This document shows positions 41,501 through 48,395 of a DNA stretch of 54,783 bases, piece by piece (the first letter of the stretch is position 1; each line of letters begins with the position of its first letter). A program made the position numbers and the translations under genes. The notes under the pieces were generated by a model, which saw nothing but the letters and a program-made list of their open reading frames with translations, had not been told where the DNA came from and did not search any database. The stretch is from the IMG/VR virus record IMGVR_UViG_3300025086_000031, positions 1-54,783 of that record. One strand, 5' to 3'. Origin of the DNA: a virus. Lineage: Duplodnaviria; Caudoviricetes.

Positions 41501-44077
41501 ATGGCTGTAGAGGAAATAGGATATATACTAAAAGACGGAGAACAGGTGAGACCTGGATATGTGGAAATGAGCTATAATGAAGGTGGTAAAAAGATTAGGT
41601 TTGCCATGAAAAATGCTTCTTATGAAAGTTTATTTGCTCATCCTAGAGAAATGGTTCCTGCTGGGGATCAACTTAACATGATAACTGGACCCTTAAAATG
41701 GGGTGGTAGTATGCTTAAAACATTTGCTACTGGTGTTGGTGCACCATTTTTCTTTATTGCTAACGTGTTTTATGATTTTGCTCAGCAAGTTATGTTTACA
41801 GACACCTATAACGGTAATTGGTACGGATCAACTCTAGCAACAAAATTCGGAATAGCAGCTTCAGATTGGTTATCTGTAATGAAGGATGCAGCAACAAATG
41901 GACCACTTAGCCAGGAATATAAGATGCTTGGAGGTTCTTTAGAATTTATGACTAGATACGGATTAATGGATTACTCAACAGATTTATTGGTAAATGAAAA
42001 GGAGTTGTCAGAAAGAGTTAAAGAGATAATGTCTAATCCTGAAAACAAACTCAATGAAGATCAGGCTAGAGATCAAGCTATTCGAGAACAAGTGAGTAGA
42101 ATGTATGGTGATAACGCTCCTTACACAAACCCTAATACAAAAAGTGGATGGGAGATAATTAAAAGAGTTGTGTCATCTATGAACTCAACATCTGAAATGA
42201 CGGGTAGATTAGCTAATACTCGTAGATGGACTAAAAAATATATACAAGAGTATAAAGATAAAAACGATGGTCAAGAACCTACGGGTGAGGATCTTATACA
42301 AATCAAGAAAAGAGCTGTGGCTAATGCGGTTGATTACGCTAACTTTAATAATGGGGGGAAATCTATTAAGTTTTTTGATTCTTTAGGGTTTGCTTACCTT
42401 AATGCTGCATCACAAGTTCTTGATAAGAGTGTTAGGTATGTTAGTGAAAATCCAGCTCAATTCGCTTGGGATGCGGCACAATGGGCTGTAACATTTGGAG
42501 CTGGTATAATGGCTTACAACTTGCAGTATTTTGATATCTTAGATGAGGACGAAGAAGAAAGATTACAGAATAATTTAAATGATGCGATAGAGAGTGGGGA
42601 TAATAAATTAGAGAAAAGGATAAGAGAAAAGCTGTACAAAAACAGAAGATACTTTATAAATCATATTAGCGATTATGATATGGAGAATTATCACTGTATA
42701 ATATTACCTGGTAAAGTTACAGATATAGTGAGTCAAGAGAAAGAAATAGCTTTACAAGATCAATTAAAGATTGCTGAAAGCATGCCTATAGGGGAGGATA
42801 GAGATAAAAGAATAGCTGAAATTAAAGAGCAGTTATCTGATAATAGAGTTGTAACTCCTAGATATTTAAAGATACCTAGCGATGCTAGAATAAATGCTTT
42901 TAGAGTTGGTGTTGAAGATCTTACGTTTAAGCATATTACTGGATCTAACTACAGGGTTCAATCTGAAGACGCTTTATCATTTACTCCGTGGGGTAGAGGT
43001 GATGAGAAAAATTCTTACGGTAGAATATTACAGAAAGCTATACCAGCTGGTGGTGGTAATCCTAGGGATTTAGTAGCTTCAAATCCTCTCCTTAATGTAA
43101 TATTAAAAACAACTCAAAATTATGACGCTTTTTACAATAGACCTATATGGAAAGATTATAATGAAGGTGCTAATGGGTATACTCAGTATGAAGGTTCTTT
43201 TGATAAATATGAAGACAAGTGGCTAAGAGATTTATCTAAGAGACTTGATACAATGGGGTTGTGGGAAGGAGGTTTTCCTATTACAACTACAAAATCAGTT
43301 TTAAGTTCTTTATTTACCAATATGGATAGAAACCCAGTTAACGCTATAGTTAACCATAGTTATGTAGCTGCTACTGGAGGTCTTAATGAGTATGAGAAAG
43401 AACAATATGGAAATCAAATGAATATGTTTTTAAATGATGTTTTAGGCCCAGTAACAAAAAGGTATGTTGGAGATATTGATCTTCTTAGAAATCAAAAATC
43501 TAAATTACAAGCTGAAGCTGATCATATGAGAGAGACAGAAGATAGATTCCAAGCTAACTTAAGGCTTTCTTATCAAGCTGTTATAAACAAGAATGGAATA
43601 AGAAAAGATCCTGACACAGGAAATTGGATAGATGCTGACGGTAAGGTTATGAGACTTGAGGATTCAGATGGAGATGGATTATATGATGCTAAAGACTTTT
43701 TCTTATCTGAATCAGACAGAGTAATAAATCAAGTGGAGGATGAGCTTAGAGGTAGATTGGGTGAAGATGAGATTATAGATCAAAACTTATGGAACGTGGA
43801 AGAACAGAAAAAGCGAATACATAGAATGGTTGTTATGGATTGGAAGTATGGTGAAAACAGTTCTGATATTCAAAGGGCTATTATAGATTTTAAACAAGGT
43901 AATAAAATGACAGCAGCCTTTATGATATATCAAATAAGAAAAGAGTCAATGGGTGACTCGCAACAATATAGCTCTTTAATGAAGACTATTAGAGAAGAAA
44001 ATATAATTTCAGATCCTCAAGTTATGTATATGATGAAACAATTTGCAATAGCTGATGCTGAAAAAATTACAGAGTAA
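32600..44077 (+). CDS. giant virion-associated polyvalent protein (3825 aa), LPD38-like C-terminal region
   Basis: uninterrupted ORF; FRAVHDFFGH/GEENAW/TTETRGQNSW domain, TIDVW...QAAMW domain, DY.NF..GG...YLNA..Q..DK motif. Confidence 0.8.
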   Translation: MAVVYQKDKNAIRFVADFYKKFKPNHKLTQVEIDSIFAQYDGDYETMVKDIYGALTEYTPSDSDITSVINRYALKKKDSANGLLESATGESEQLEIDENKEGFTAEDGAFVTDLNLSTDEEIHKGLEGAKAGTSATLNYKTKEPRVLEGRQDYPIHVYADGGYQGVLKPGGKMKTSPASKIVEIPTDKYFKAQDGAIVPNEENNQDVSIENEEDVWNYDYILKTFTKNGSPVDASQVPINIMGDLKIDIQNQHDLQKREKSRNDAEIQAGLKNVEFNQNFEQFYGQEGDLNFYKAAQLYAENPENFNLLLESTEEGQFVDYEGMQIPLTTSISESGKDLISAANPDTNTFFHEVPVGGGSNEEILSEYGIESGLVTGDENQSFQSVDDDGLTQYETILNMDNHMASLLNQRSELVGGKHVYKEDKKSKFLRPKALYEEGVDQTTTLGNINYNTLSEDQRFQYEKLTEQINNVKGAKAKLNVQLLTSSNKHGVNDVKTAYGGLKTHEDRVSFFNSSSDQINDKVDRSESYQMNLVVSELKNEIQQDLSDEFSVDTEAKDLLQKYQTNKGIKFKGPEEMLGDKVFMNLYSDFQKSRLNKINMTIADIDWQNEETFKTQVKLNASLKNINKQLERLELQKENEKIDEDEYIEQSTKLNQQISILREKMEENRGKRGYERGTEMFTETGERIEGPVATEEDKIIQQQITNKEAEFMQALSQAEDYGAFVDKLMRAQDGLYSTELMNQDIWKNEKMTLPSGKEMTLEEMYSFIQAQSGDTGALWSLGIGGGAKELREQFDSEAERNTGVIGLRQQLRTIDKSIPMMIAKNFGEGSKEDAVFMIEMLKNFKGRYYENQTQLVAMSNVLTFNVDPGKEWGEKTGAGLFLRQMSESFGHAVHKRHVHSEDDMINYYDDIANAYGIELTDQQKVAGEISLNDMVAQGVGTTVPIMIEMIATMPLAGAGLKTLTKVPLIKNAMVAAKTTDVGKFWWNFSENVVRGAVAFEMTSGDQATWRMGAAEGATEQVMNSLFKRTPVTRSLLTLYRSFGKPGVKVATLPPRILAGGGAELLAEYSGEFVENLTNMGFNWEEALMATVGQSRDERINKLMTTAIICVGLSTAFTTLTANSIEQNFQDMLDGGQLGPEDTKLVQDFLGVMDEYKKSPQGEQLTLWGDDDFDTMVGETPDHLSGVNGDDEGDTPGGPTIPLGEGPGGLPTIKDERDEDIGMPASGGRQLTLFEDESVRSSAGNTSSVNPGNRLFNDPNPETSQIAKNYINTNSPQIGVQHSDATPVTDINEENSKNIADAYEAMENNPNDPKVQKAYTALANETQMQYQELINAGYTIEVYNGKGEPYANSDEMIKDVRDNKHLYIFGTETGFGQGQITDQMRAENPLLQPTEFQDVNGNPLLVNDLFRAVHDFFGHTELGNGFGIKGEENAWLNHSRMFSHDARRAMTTETRGQNSWVNFNQKLRREDGSMPKKGDPDYVRPQDRPFADQKIGLLPDEFVFQQPSTPSVTADPAVEVTQDTPFKYNRSKKVYEGTVNNKPFVIAKRYGKQEWIEALSGEVLGRTKKEAIKTLKLAMEGPVAMDLMESTDQITEELAGIIDLINASTNAHDSDVDPNTKSPENIESLVDRTIRGIDSELDRINRNRGKNLYMDVTMGLGPVAWEAFLKALKTGLKAGQSVSVAFNKAVESIKGLDEFKEESIESLKKRFLFNNDGVVKFAEEAIINKVTAPKFLEALQEKYPDQYNEIEAKEIYKIAKLRVNPKVVRSNYTRSELKQIDNLQNKIDQHNNVDMKNDRSLSDPMQILFDGGFVVLKNGKPVIKTLPFNFNGAPIFQGLNEQQKIELASDLLIQDFNTNSSKIDLERATGWYSKTKNLIQQKFGGNAPIFFELLGVTSPQAPPQVNFRKSTEVLRSYSEGKFDESLEIYDNKVKAIMAQYDQGVFGVGKKAVIKAKELIKQASSDQDVVAAIKKKNGKSFGLPVVTSGIVRVLYGNWLSNNPANKTGQFYNNLSLRDRSATIDVWAARNMRRIVYSQGGFVPFRRRQSQETTVGNKDFSFAQSVYAVAAKKLNLNPDDLQAAMWFIEKQIYDESGFSGTDRTGAAKDQATMENAVNSAKITDRVMVGASTFIGNTSPEQKNRIYSATARAIQKALERNATDEEIAAVIAETMQGSVRMDQALQNLDAVVSLLGAMGRPYQSEGIYMNQTEDTINLEMLVDAGTDLSPLFDELLNTAINNEQESVFASKVTTKQDPNARPFRRIEFDSPMTLTDARMFANEHFGPNGVEGLTLNYNQEGEVTGMSMQFVPEYLMEPMGEGLTMENIKEYESRWEDGANKAIREIQEKYGEDIFNTVENGYINTKVFTNGEYETTTRQEKSFETDINRELARRQRAINSGDNAQDISDLRTGDEYSSGSVQRFQILTDFADKLDQIYKDLGGNAYADPFMSIPIIRAALKTASITLRATSSVAKAVDAAIDYLNRAQADGDKFIPNQEAEIRELFKNFLSTQEGLFNPKDPGMSGETELTEEEASQLEEQEARLQEMRERRVLEMIDALNSDIDLKDWTDADYSETLEELQKDQDAAFSRGKDNFFGRLADFRRSLDNMFVKLKEQTVDTKFRIKRSIRNIGKDLNLSETASNALASITLWLTVPGTAKELIDQANKKIWGALSSAQIKLVGQLSTLERIIELDNLSDAQKSAADAIVKNLNILSKKLGKAKTKEEKAAIKEQIKQSEAQIDNIYKDNSSVSVKKNEDGSGYYLEYVTKDKSGKDLFIKMKPGIASITNPTTKSKVWPWRMKHPEVKNPKGEGYVMMNKEIAEGMINSMKLKEGDGFKVIRETTDKLFEEYRNELKRNFEAGLIDEATYNELKDLKYNPRKFVDHVIFTERNLNEQRKSGRANKGDHLESPLQMLKQGSDQVLFMDPVKLLQNTLAIGAKLRAENEVRRGIYDIISQATKKGFEYVNGTNMAVEEIGYILKDGEQVRPGYVEMSYNEGGKKIRFAMKNASYESLFAHPREMVPAGDQLNMITGPLKWGGSMLKTFATGVGAPFFFIANVFYDFAQQVMFTDTYNGNWYGSTLATKFGIAASDWLSVMKDAATNGPLSQEYKMLGGSLEFMTRYGLMDYSTDLLVNEKELSERVKEIMSNPENKLNEDQARDQAIREQVSRMYGDNAPYTNPNTKSGWEIIKRVVSSMNSTSEMTGRLANTRRWTKKYIQEYKDKNDGQEPTGEDLIQIKKRAVANAVDYANFNNGGKSIKFFDSLGFAYLNAASQVLDKSVRYVSENPAQFAWDAAQWAVTFGAGIMAYNLQYFDILDEDEEERLQNNLNDAIESGDNKLEKRIREKLYKNRRYFINHISDYDMENYHCIILPGKVTDIVSQEKEIALQDQLKIAESMPIGEDRDKRIAEIKEQLSDNRVVTPRYLKIPSDARINAFRVGVEDLTFKHITGSNYRVQSEDALSFTPWGRGDEKNSYGRILQKAIPAGGGNPRDLVASNPLLNVILKTTQNYDAFYNRPIWKDYNEGANGYTQYEGSFDKYEDKWLRDLSKRLDTMGLWEGGFPITTTKSVLSSLFTNMDRNPVNAIVNHSYVAATGGLNEYEKEQYGNQMNMFLNDVLGPVTKRYVGDIDLLRNQKSKLQAEADHMRETEDRFQANLRLSYQAVINKNGIRKDPDTGNWIDADGKVMRLEDSDGDGLYDAKDFFLSESDRVINQVEDELRGRLGEDEIIDQNLWNVEEQKKRIHRMVVMDWKYGENSSDIQRAIIDFKQGNKMTAAFMIYQIRKESMGDSQQYSSLMKTIREENIISDPQVMYMMKQFAIADAEKITE
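32818..32830 (+). other. candidate slippery site TTT-A10
   Basis: T TTA AAA AAA AAA in the reading frame; -1 frame stays open for 22 more codons with a patterned peptide. Confidence 0.55.
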
Positions 44078-44101
44078 TAGATATAATGATTAAAAAATAA
44101 C

Positions 44102-44109
44102 TATATTTA
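44102..44109 (+). promoter_or_regulatory. variant -7 element TATATTTA
   Basis: 7/8 match, 4 nt before ATG 44114. Confidence 0.45.
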
Positions 44110-44113
44110 CAAG

Positions 44114-45187
44114 ATGAAAAAGGACATAAGTAAAATACTTTATATAATAATGATGATAGTGGTATTTGGTATATCCACTGCTTTTAGTCAAGGAGACTTT
44201 TTTAAGTATTCCACTTTCTACACTTCAATGACTATGAACACTCCTTTTGTTGAGAGGGGTGACTATGTAGCTGCAGATAAAGGCTATGAGGATGTAACTC
44301 AAGTCCATCCATACGATTATAATTTAACTCTCGGCTTGAGAAAAATAGCACGATTTGATTATGAATACAAAGTTAAAACATGGTATTATGGAACTGAAAA
44401 AGCTGTTGCAGATAATGTTACTATTGGTAATAGCGTTGGTTGGGAGTATCTACTTAATTATTCATTTATACGTAATCGTGGTGATAAATATACTGAGCAA
44501 AATTTCTGGCTTAGATACCTTGGAGATAAATGTGTAACAAAAGTTCAGTATAAGGATAATCAGAGAGTTAATTTAAGATATAACTCATTCGATACAAGAT
44601 TTAGGATTAATAAGGGAAATTGGGATTTTACTATTGGTGGAGTATTTCGTATGCACCCAGTATATGGTGTCACTCCAATAGAAGATTTCTGGATTCCTGG
44701 AGAGTCTACTTTTCAACAGTTAGCAGAGGATTTTGGATATGCTCCAGAACAATGGGTTCAGGGGTTTTATGTTAATCAAAACTGGTACGATGTTAGTGGT
44801 GGAGACTCCGTTTTGGTCGCTACCTCGAATGATGAGTTCTTCAACCACTACTTCGGTGATGCAGTGGAAACATATAATGAGAGAGAGTTAGAAAAACTTG
44901 GAATGCAGAAAGAATTAAGTGCTGTTATAGGAATAGCATACTATAAATATACCCCTAAAATGTGGATGCACGCTTGGGTTAATTGCATGCCTGTTCACTA
45001 CGGAATGGATGAGTATTCATTTGAATATGGTAAAGAAGATTGGGATAATATGGAGTGGGATGCTGGTATGGTATTTGGATCTAGAATAACCAAGAACTTG
45101 GGAATGTTTGTGGAGGGAACTCATATGCGTTATTGGATGAAACCTGTATATGAAGTAAAGTTTGGTTTTAACTATTTAATATTTTAA
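44114..45187 (+). CDS. outer-membrane beta-barrel protein (putative)
   Basis: signal peptide ending AFS-Q; aromatic amphipathic strands; C-terminal YEVKFGFNYLIF beta-signal. Confidence 0.72.
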   Translation: MKKDISKILYIIMMIVVFGISTAFSQGDFFKYSTFYTSMTMNTPFVERGDYVAADKGYEDVTQVHPYDYNLTLGLRKIARFDYEYKVKTWYYGTEKAVADNVTIGNSVGWEYLLNYSFIRNRGDKYTEQNFWLRYLGDKCVTKVQYKDNQRVNLRYNSFDTRFRINKGNWDFTIGGVFRMHPVYGVTPIEDFWIPGESTFQQLAEDFGYAPEQWVQGFYVNQNWYDVSGGDSVLVATSNDEFFNHYFGDAVETYNERELEKLGMQKELSAVIGIAYYKYTPKMWMHAWVNCMPVHYGMDEYSFEYGKEDWDNMEWDAGMVFGSRITKNLGMFVEGTHMRYWMKPVYEVKFGFNYLIF

Positions 45188-45189
45188 TT

Positions 45190-45381
45190 ATGAAAAAACT
45201 ATTATTCTTATTGGTACTATGTTCAGGGTGCTCAATGTTATTTAATCCTGATAATTACAATCCAAACCCCACCCCAAAACCTATCGTTGAGGAGCCAAAA
45301 GATTCAATTAGGGTTGATACTATAAGATTAACAAACGGTATTGATCATATTATTATGTTAGATACAGTAAAAATAAAATAG
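45190..45381 (+). CDS. small lipoprotein
   Basis: MKKLLFLLVLCSG-C lipobox, Pro-rich linker. Confidence 0.65.
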   Translation: MKKLLFLLVLCSGCSMLFNPDNYNPNPTPKPIVEEPKDSIRVDTIRLTNGIDHIIMLDTVKIK

Positions 45382-45383
45382 AT

Positions 45384-46301
45384 ATGAAAAAACTATTAAT
45401 AATATTATTTGCTTTCATTAGCTCTTTAACTTACTCTCAGCAATATGATTTTGAAGCTATATGTTTAGCTTGTGCTGAAGCAGAAGGTTTTTATTGTGGT
45501 GATGATCCCACAAACTGGACTCAATATTCTCCTAATGGTTGTGTTCAAAACTCTTGGATAAACGATGGATGGGTGGACTGTGTTGATGCTACTGATGAAG
45601 GAGAAGATGTTGTTCCAACATCCCCTGATGAATGTGCTCCTCCCCCACCACAATGTGACACTATTTATGTGGATGTTCCAGTAATAGAATATGTATATGA
45701 AACTGACACAGTTGAAGTTGAGGTTCCTTTTTACATTTATGAAACAATCATACAGCTAGATACAATAGTCGAGACGGAATATATAACTCAGATTGTTATA
45801 GATACTATTATTGAAACACAGCTAGACACAATTTACAACACAGAATATATAACTCAAATAGTAATTGACACTGTGATTCAGGAGGTTGAGGTTTTTGTTC
45901 CTGAGTATATATATGTTACAGACACTGTATATGCGGAGGTGCTAGATACTATGTTTATAGATGTCATACAAGAAGTGGAGGTTGTTGTATATGATACTAT
46001 AGTTGAAACAGAAATTGAATATGTGGAGTTTTTTGTTACAGATACTATTGTTCAGTATGATACTATAGTAAACACAGAATACGTTGAAATATTTGTTATT
46101 GATACTGTAGTAGAATATATTGAGGTTGTAGAAATTGAATATATAGACTGTGACACTGGTTTACCTTGCGGATCTGGAATGGAAGAAATATTAGATAAAT
46201 CTATTAATACTGGATTGTTATACGATCTAAACGGGAAAGCTATAAGAAAAACAGAAGGAATATATATAAAAAATGGTAAAATTAAATATTTAATAAGATG
46301 A
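45384..46301 (+). CDS. secreted protein: LDLa-like domain, DT-rich repeats, T9SS-type C-terminal domain
   Basis: signal peptide TYS-Q; CVQNSWINDGWVDCVDATDE; many DT(I/V) repeats; SGMEEI...LYDLNGK...GIYIKNGK. Confidence 0.72.
   Translation: MKKLLIILFAFISSLTYSQQYDFEAICLACAEAEGFYCGDDPTNWTQYSPNGCVQNSWINDGWVDCVDATDEGEDVVPTSPDECAPPPPQCDTIYVDVPVIEYVYETDTVEVEVPFYIYETIIQLDTIVETEYITQIVIDTIIETQLDTIYNTEYITQIVIDTVIQEVEVFVPEYIYVTDTVYAEVLDTMFIDVIQEVEVVVYDTIVETEIEYVEFFVTDTIVQYDTIVNTEYVEIFVIDTVVEYIEVVEIEYIDCDTGLPCGSGMEEILDKSINTGLLYDLNGKAIRKTEGIYIKNGKIKYLIR
45753..45884 (+). repeat. 66-bp (22-aa) imperfect tandem duplication
   Basis: QLDTIVETEYITQIVIDT / QLDTIYNTEYITQIVIDT. Confidence 0.8.
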
Positions 46302-46891
46302 AAATAAAAAAAGAATACATGGGCGGAGGAGTCAATAGAATGAATAAAAATATGTACGAAAAGGGAGGGTTATCTGAAGCTCAAAAGAAAATGGACAAAA
46401 ATAATAATAATGAAATAGACTCTGAAGATCTAGCTATGCTTAGAAACGCTGAAGAGGGAATGAAGATGAAGTACGCTTATGGAGGTAAAAATAAAATGAT
46501 GTATCAAGATGGGGGAATGAATAATATAAGCTCTATGTCATTGGAAGAGCTGCAAAAACTACTACAATCTCTTGAGCAACAACAACAATCTAGTGAAATG
46601 AAGGGTCGTATGCCATCACAAAGAGATATAGAAATGAGGGCTAGGAGTGAGGGTCGTATACCTCAAGGAACTCCAATGGAGGTTAGTGGTCAGGTTATGG
46701 ATACTCCAATAGGTCCAATGCATCATGGACCAACAAGTAGTGAGCTTCATCAACAAGCTGAGCAAGATGCGTCAGATAGAGAACTGCAGGTGCGGATTCA
46801 TGATATTCGAAAAGCTATAAAAAACTACGAACCAAATAAGGGAACGGGTGGAAATTACCAGAAAGGAGGAAGATTACCTAGATTTATGTAA
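46298..46891 (+). CDS. YxxGG-repeat protein with an EF-hand-like loop
   Basis: YMGGG, YEKGG, YAYGG, YQDGG, YQKGG; DKNNNNEIDSED. Confidence 0.7.
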   Translation: MKIKKEYMGGGVNRMNKNMYEKGGLSEAQKKMDKNNNNEIDSEDLAMLRNAEEGMKMKYAYGGKNKMMYQDGGMNNISSMSLEELQKLLQSLEQQQQSSEMKGRMPSQRDIEMRARSEGRIPQGTPMEVSGQVMDTPIGPMHHGPTSSELHQQAEQDASDRELQVRIHDIRKAIKNYEPNKGTGGNYQKGGRLPRFM

Positions 46892-47104
46892 ATGAATATA
46901 TTTAAAGACGATAATAATTGGAATGAAAAGGCTATAATTGGTTTTGTAGCTTTTATAATAATGTGTATAATAATGATCGCTGACCTAGCAACTGGATGGT
47001 ATGGTTATGACCTAGTTATAAATGAGTTTGTATATGATTCGTTTGTTTGGGTTGTCCTTGGTTGTTTTGGTATCAGTGGCGTAGAAAAATTTGCTAAGAA
47101 ATGA
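46892..47104 (+). CDS. small two-TM membrane protein (holin-like)
   Basis: two hydrophobic segments and a basic C-terminus. Confidence 0.6.
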   Translation: MNIFKDDNNWNEKAIIGFVAFIIMCIIMIADLATGWYGYDLVINEFVYDSFVWVVLGCFGISGVEKFAKK

Positions 47105-47412
47105 GTTTGTATGCTAACATAAATAAGAGAAAAAAAGCTGGAACCAGTAGGTCTAAAAAAGACTCTACTATAAGTGATAAGGCTTATTCTGATATGAAAA
47201 AGGGTTTTCCTAAAGGGAGAATGGGAATGAAGATTAATAAGTATAATAAAGGTGGTAAGATGGAGGGGTTGACAGATCGTCAAATGGAAACATTGGAAAA
47301 ACATAAGGAACATCATACCAAAAAACATATGGATTTAATGATAAAACTTATGAAAGAAGGTAAAACATTTACTGAGGCTCATAAAGTAGCTATGGATAAG
47401 GTGGGAAAATAA
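47101..47412 (+). CDS. small basic protein, two modules joined by a YxxGG linker
   Basis: SLYANIN.RKKAG module plus His-rich KH..HH..KHM module. Confidence 0.65.
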   Translation: MSLYANINKRKKAGTSRSKKDSTISDKAYSDMKKGFPKGRMGMKINKYNKGGKMEGLTDRQMETLEKHKEHHTKKHMDLMIKLMKEGKTFTEAHKVAMDKVGK

Positions 47413-47413
47413 T

Positions 47414-47716
47414 ATGGCCAAGTTAAATAAAAGAAAGAAGACAGCAGCTTGGACCAGAAAAGAAGGGAAAAATCCTAGTGGAGGATTAAATAAAAAGGGT
47501 AGAGACTCTTATAAAAGAGAAAACCCTGGCAGTAAATTAAAAGCTCCTGTTACAGGGAAGGTTAAAAAGGGTAGTAAAGCTGCCAAGAGACGTAAGTCTT
47601 TTTGTGCTAGAATGGGTGGAATGAAGGGGCCTATGAAAGACAGTAAAGGTAGACCAACAAGGAAAGCTTTAGCACTTAGAAAATGGAAATGTAGAGTTAA
47701 TAAAAAAAAGAAATAA
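47414..47716 (+). CDS. small basic protein, DUF6321-like
   Basis: AW.RKEGKNP.GGLN.KGR...RRKSFCARM...LRKW.C. Confidence 0.7.
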   Translation: MAKLNKRKKTAAWTRKEGKNPSGGLNKKGRDSYKRENPGSKLKAPVTGKVKKGSKAAKRRKSFCARMGGMKGPMKDSKGRPTRKALALRKWKCRVNKKKK

Positions 47717-47718
47717 TC

Positions 47719-48000
47719 ATGAAAGAAATATCAGAAGATTCAAAATTTCAAGTAAGCCTAAAAACATTAGGTGGAATATCTATGTTAATAGCTACATTAG
47801 TTGGTATGTGGTTTACGCTACAAGCTGATATAGATGAAGCCAAATTACTTCCTGAGCCTCCTAAACCAGAGGTTACTCAAATGGAGTTCAAAATGAAAGA
47901 TGAATATATAAGAGCTTCAATTCTAAAAACAGAAGAGGATGTTAAGGAAATAAAAGATGACATTAAATATCTTAGAGATAAGATGGATAACATGAAGTAA
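47719..48000 (+). CDS. single-TM coiled-coil protein
   Basis: N-terminal TM helix then heptad coiled coil. Confidence 0.65.
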   Translation: MKEISEDSKFQVSLKTLGGISMLIATLVGMWFTLQADIDEAKLLPEPPKPEVTQMEFKMKDEYIRASILKTEEDVKEIKDDIKYLRDKMDNMK

Positions 48001-48001
48001 T

Positions 48002-48394
48002 ATGAAATATTTAGACTTAAAATTATTAGTAGTATTTATATTAATCCTTATCATAGGATCTAAAGCTACGGGACAAGAGTTTATTAATCAAGATAATTTT
48101 AACCAGAAAATAGCTAAAGATATAGTGGCTGTAGAATTTTGGGTTGAATGGAACTCTTCTAATGAATTTGTTGATCTTTCAAATTTAAATGACTGCTCAA
48201 AGTATAGGATTGACATAGCTGAATATCCTGATCTTCAAGCTAAATACGAAGTAACTTGTATACCTACTGTTATTATATTTGAGAGTGGAGAGGAGAAAGA
48301 AAGATTTAAAGCTAATATAATGTTTGAACTTGAAGCTGATAAAAAAGAAGTGCAAAAAAGCATTGATCAAATCATGATCGCAAAATTCAATTAA
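48002..48394 (+). CDS. exported thioredoxin-fold protein lacking CxxC
   Basis: signal peptide ending A-T-G then Q; VEFWVEWNSSN in place of WCxxC; Y.V..IPT.IIF..GEE..R. Confidence 0.7.
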   Translation: MKYLDLKLLVVFILILIIGSKATGQEFINQDNFNQKIAKDIVAVEFWVEWNSSNEFVDLSNLNDCSKYRIDIAEYPDLQAKYEVTCIPTVIIFESGEEKERFKANIMFELEADKKEVQKSIDQIMIAKFN

Positions 48395-48395
48395 T

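Noticed and set aside
43661-43675. DSDGD (also DDDFD at 36104-36118) as an RNA polymerase catalytic motif in the giant protein
   Set aside because: Both lie in acidic linker or Ca-loop-like context, without the surrounding double-psi barrel motifs.
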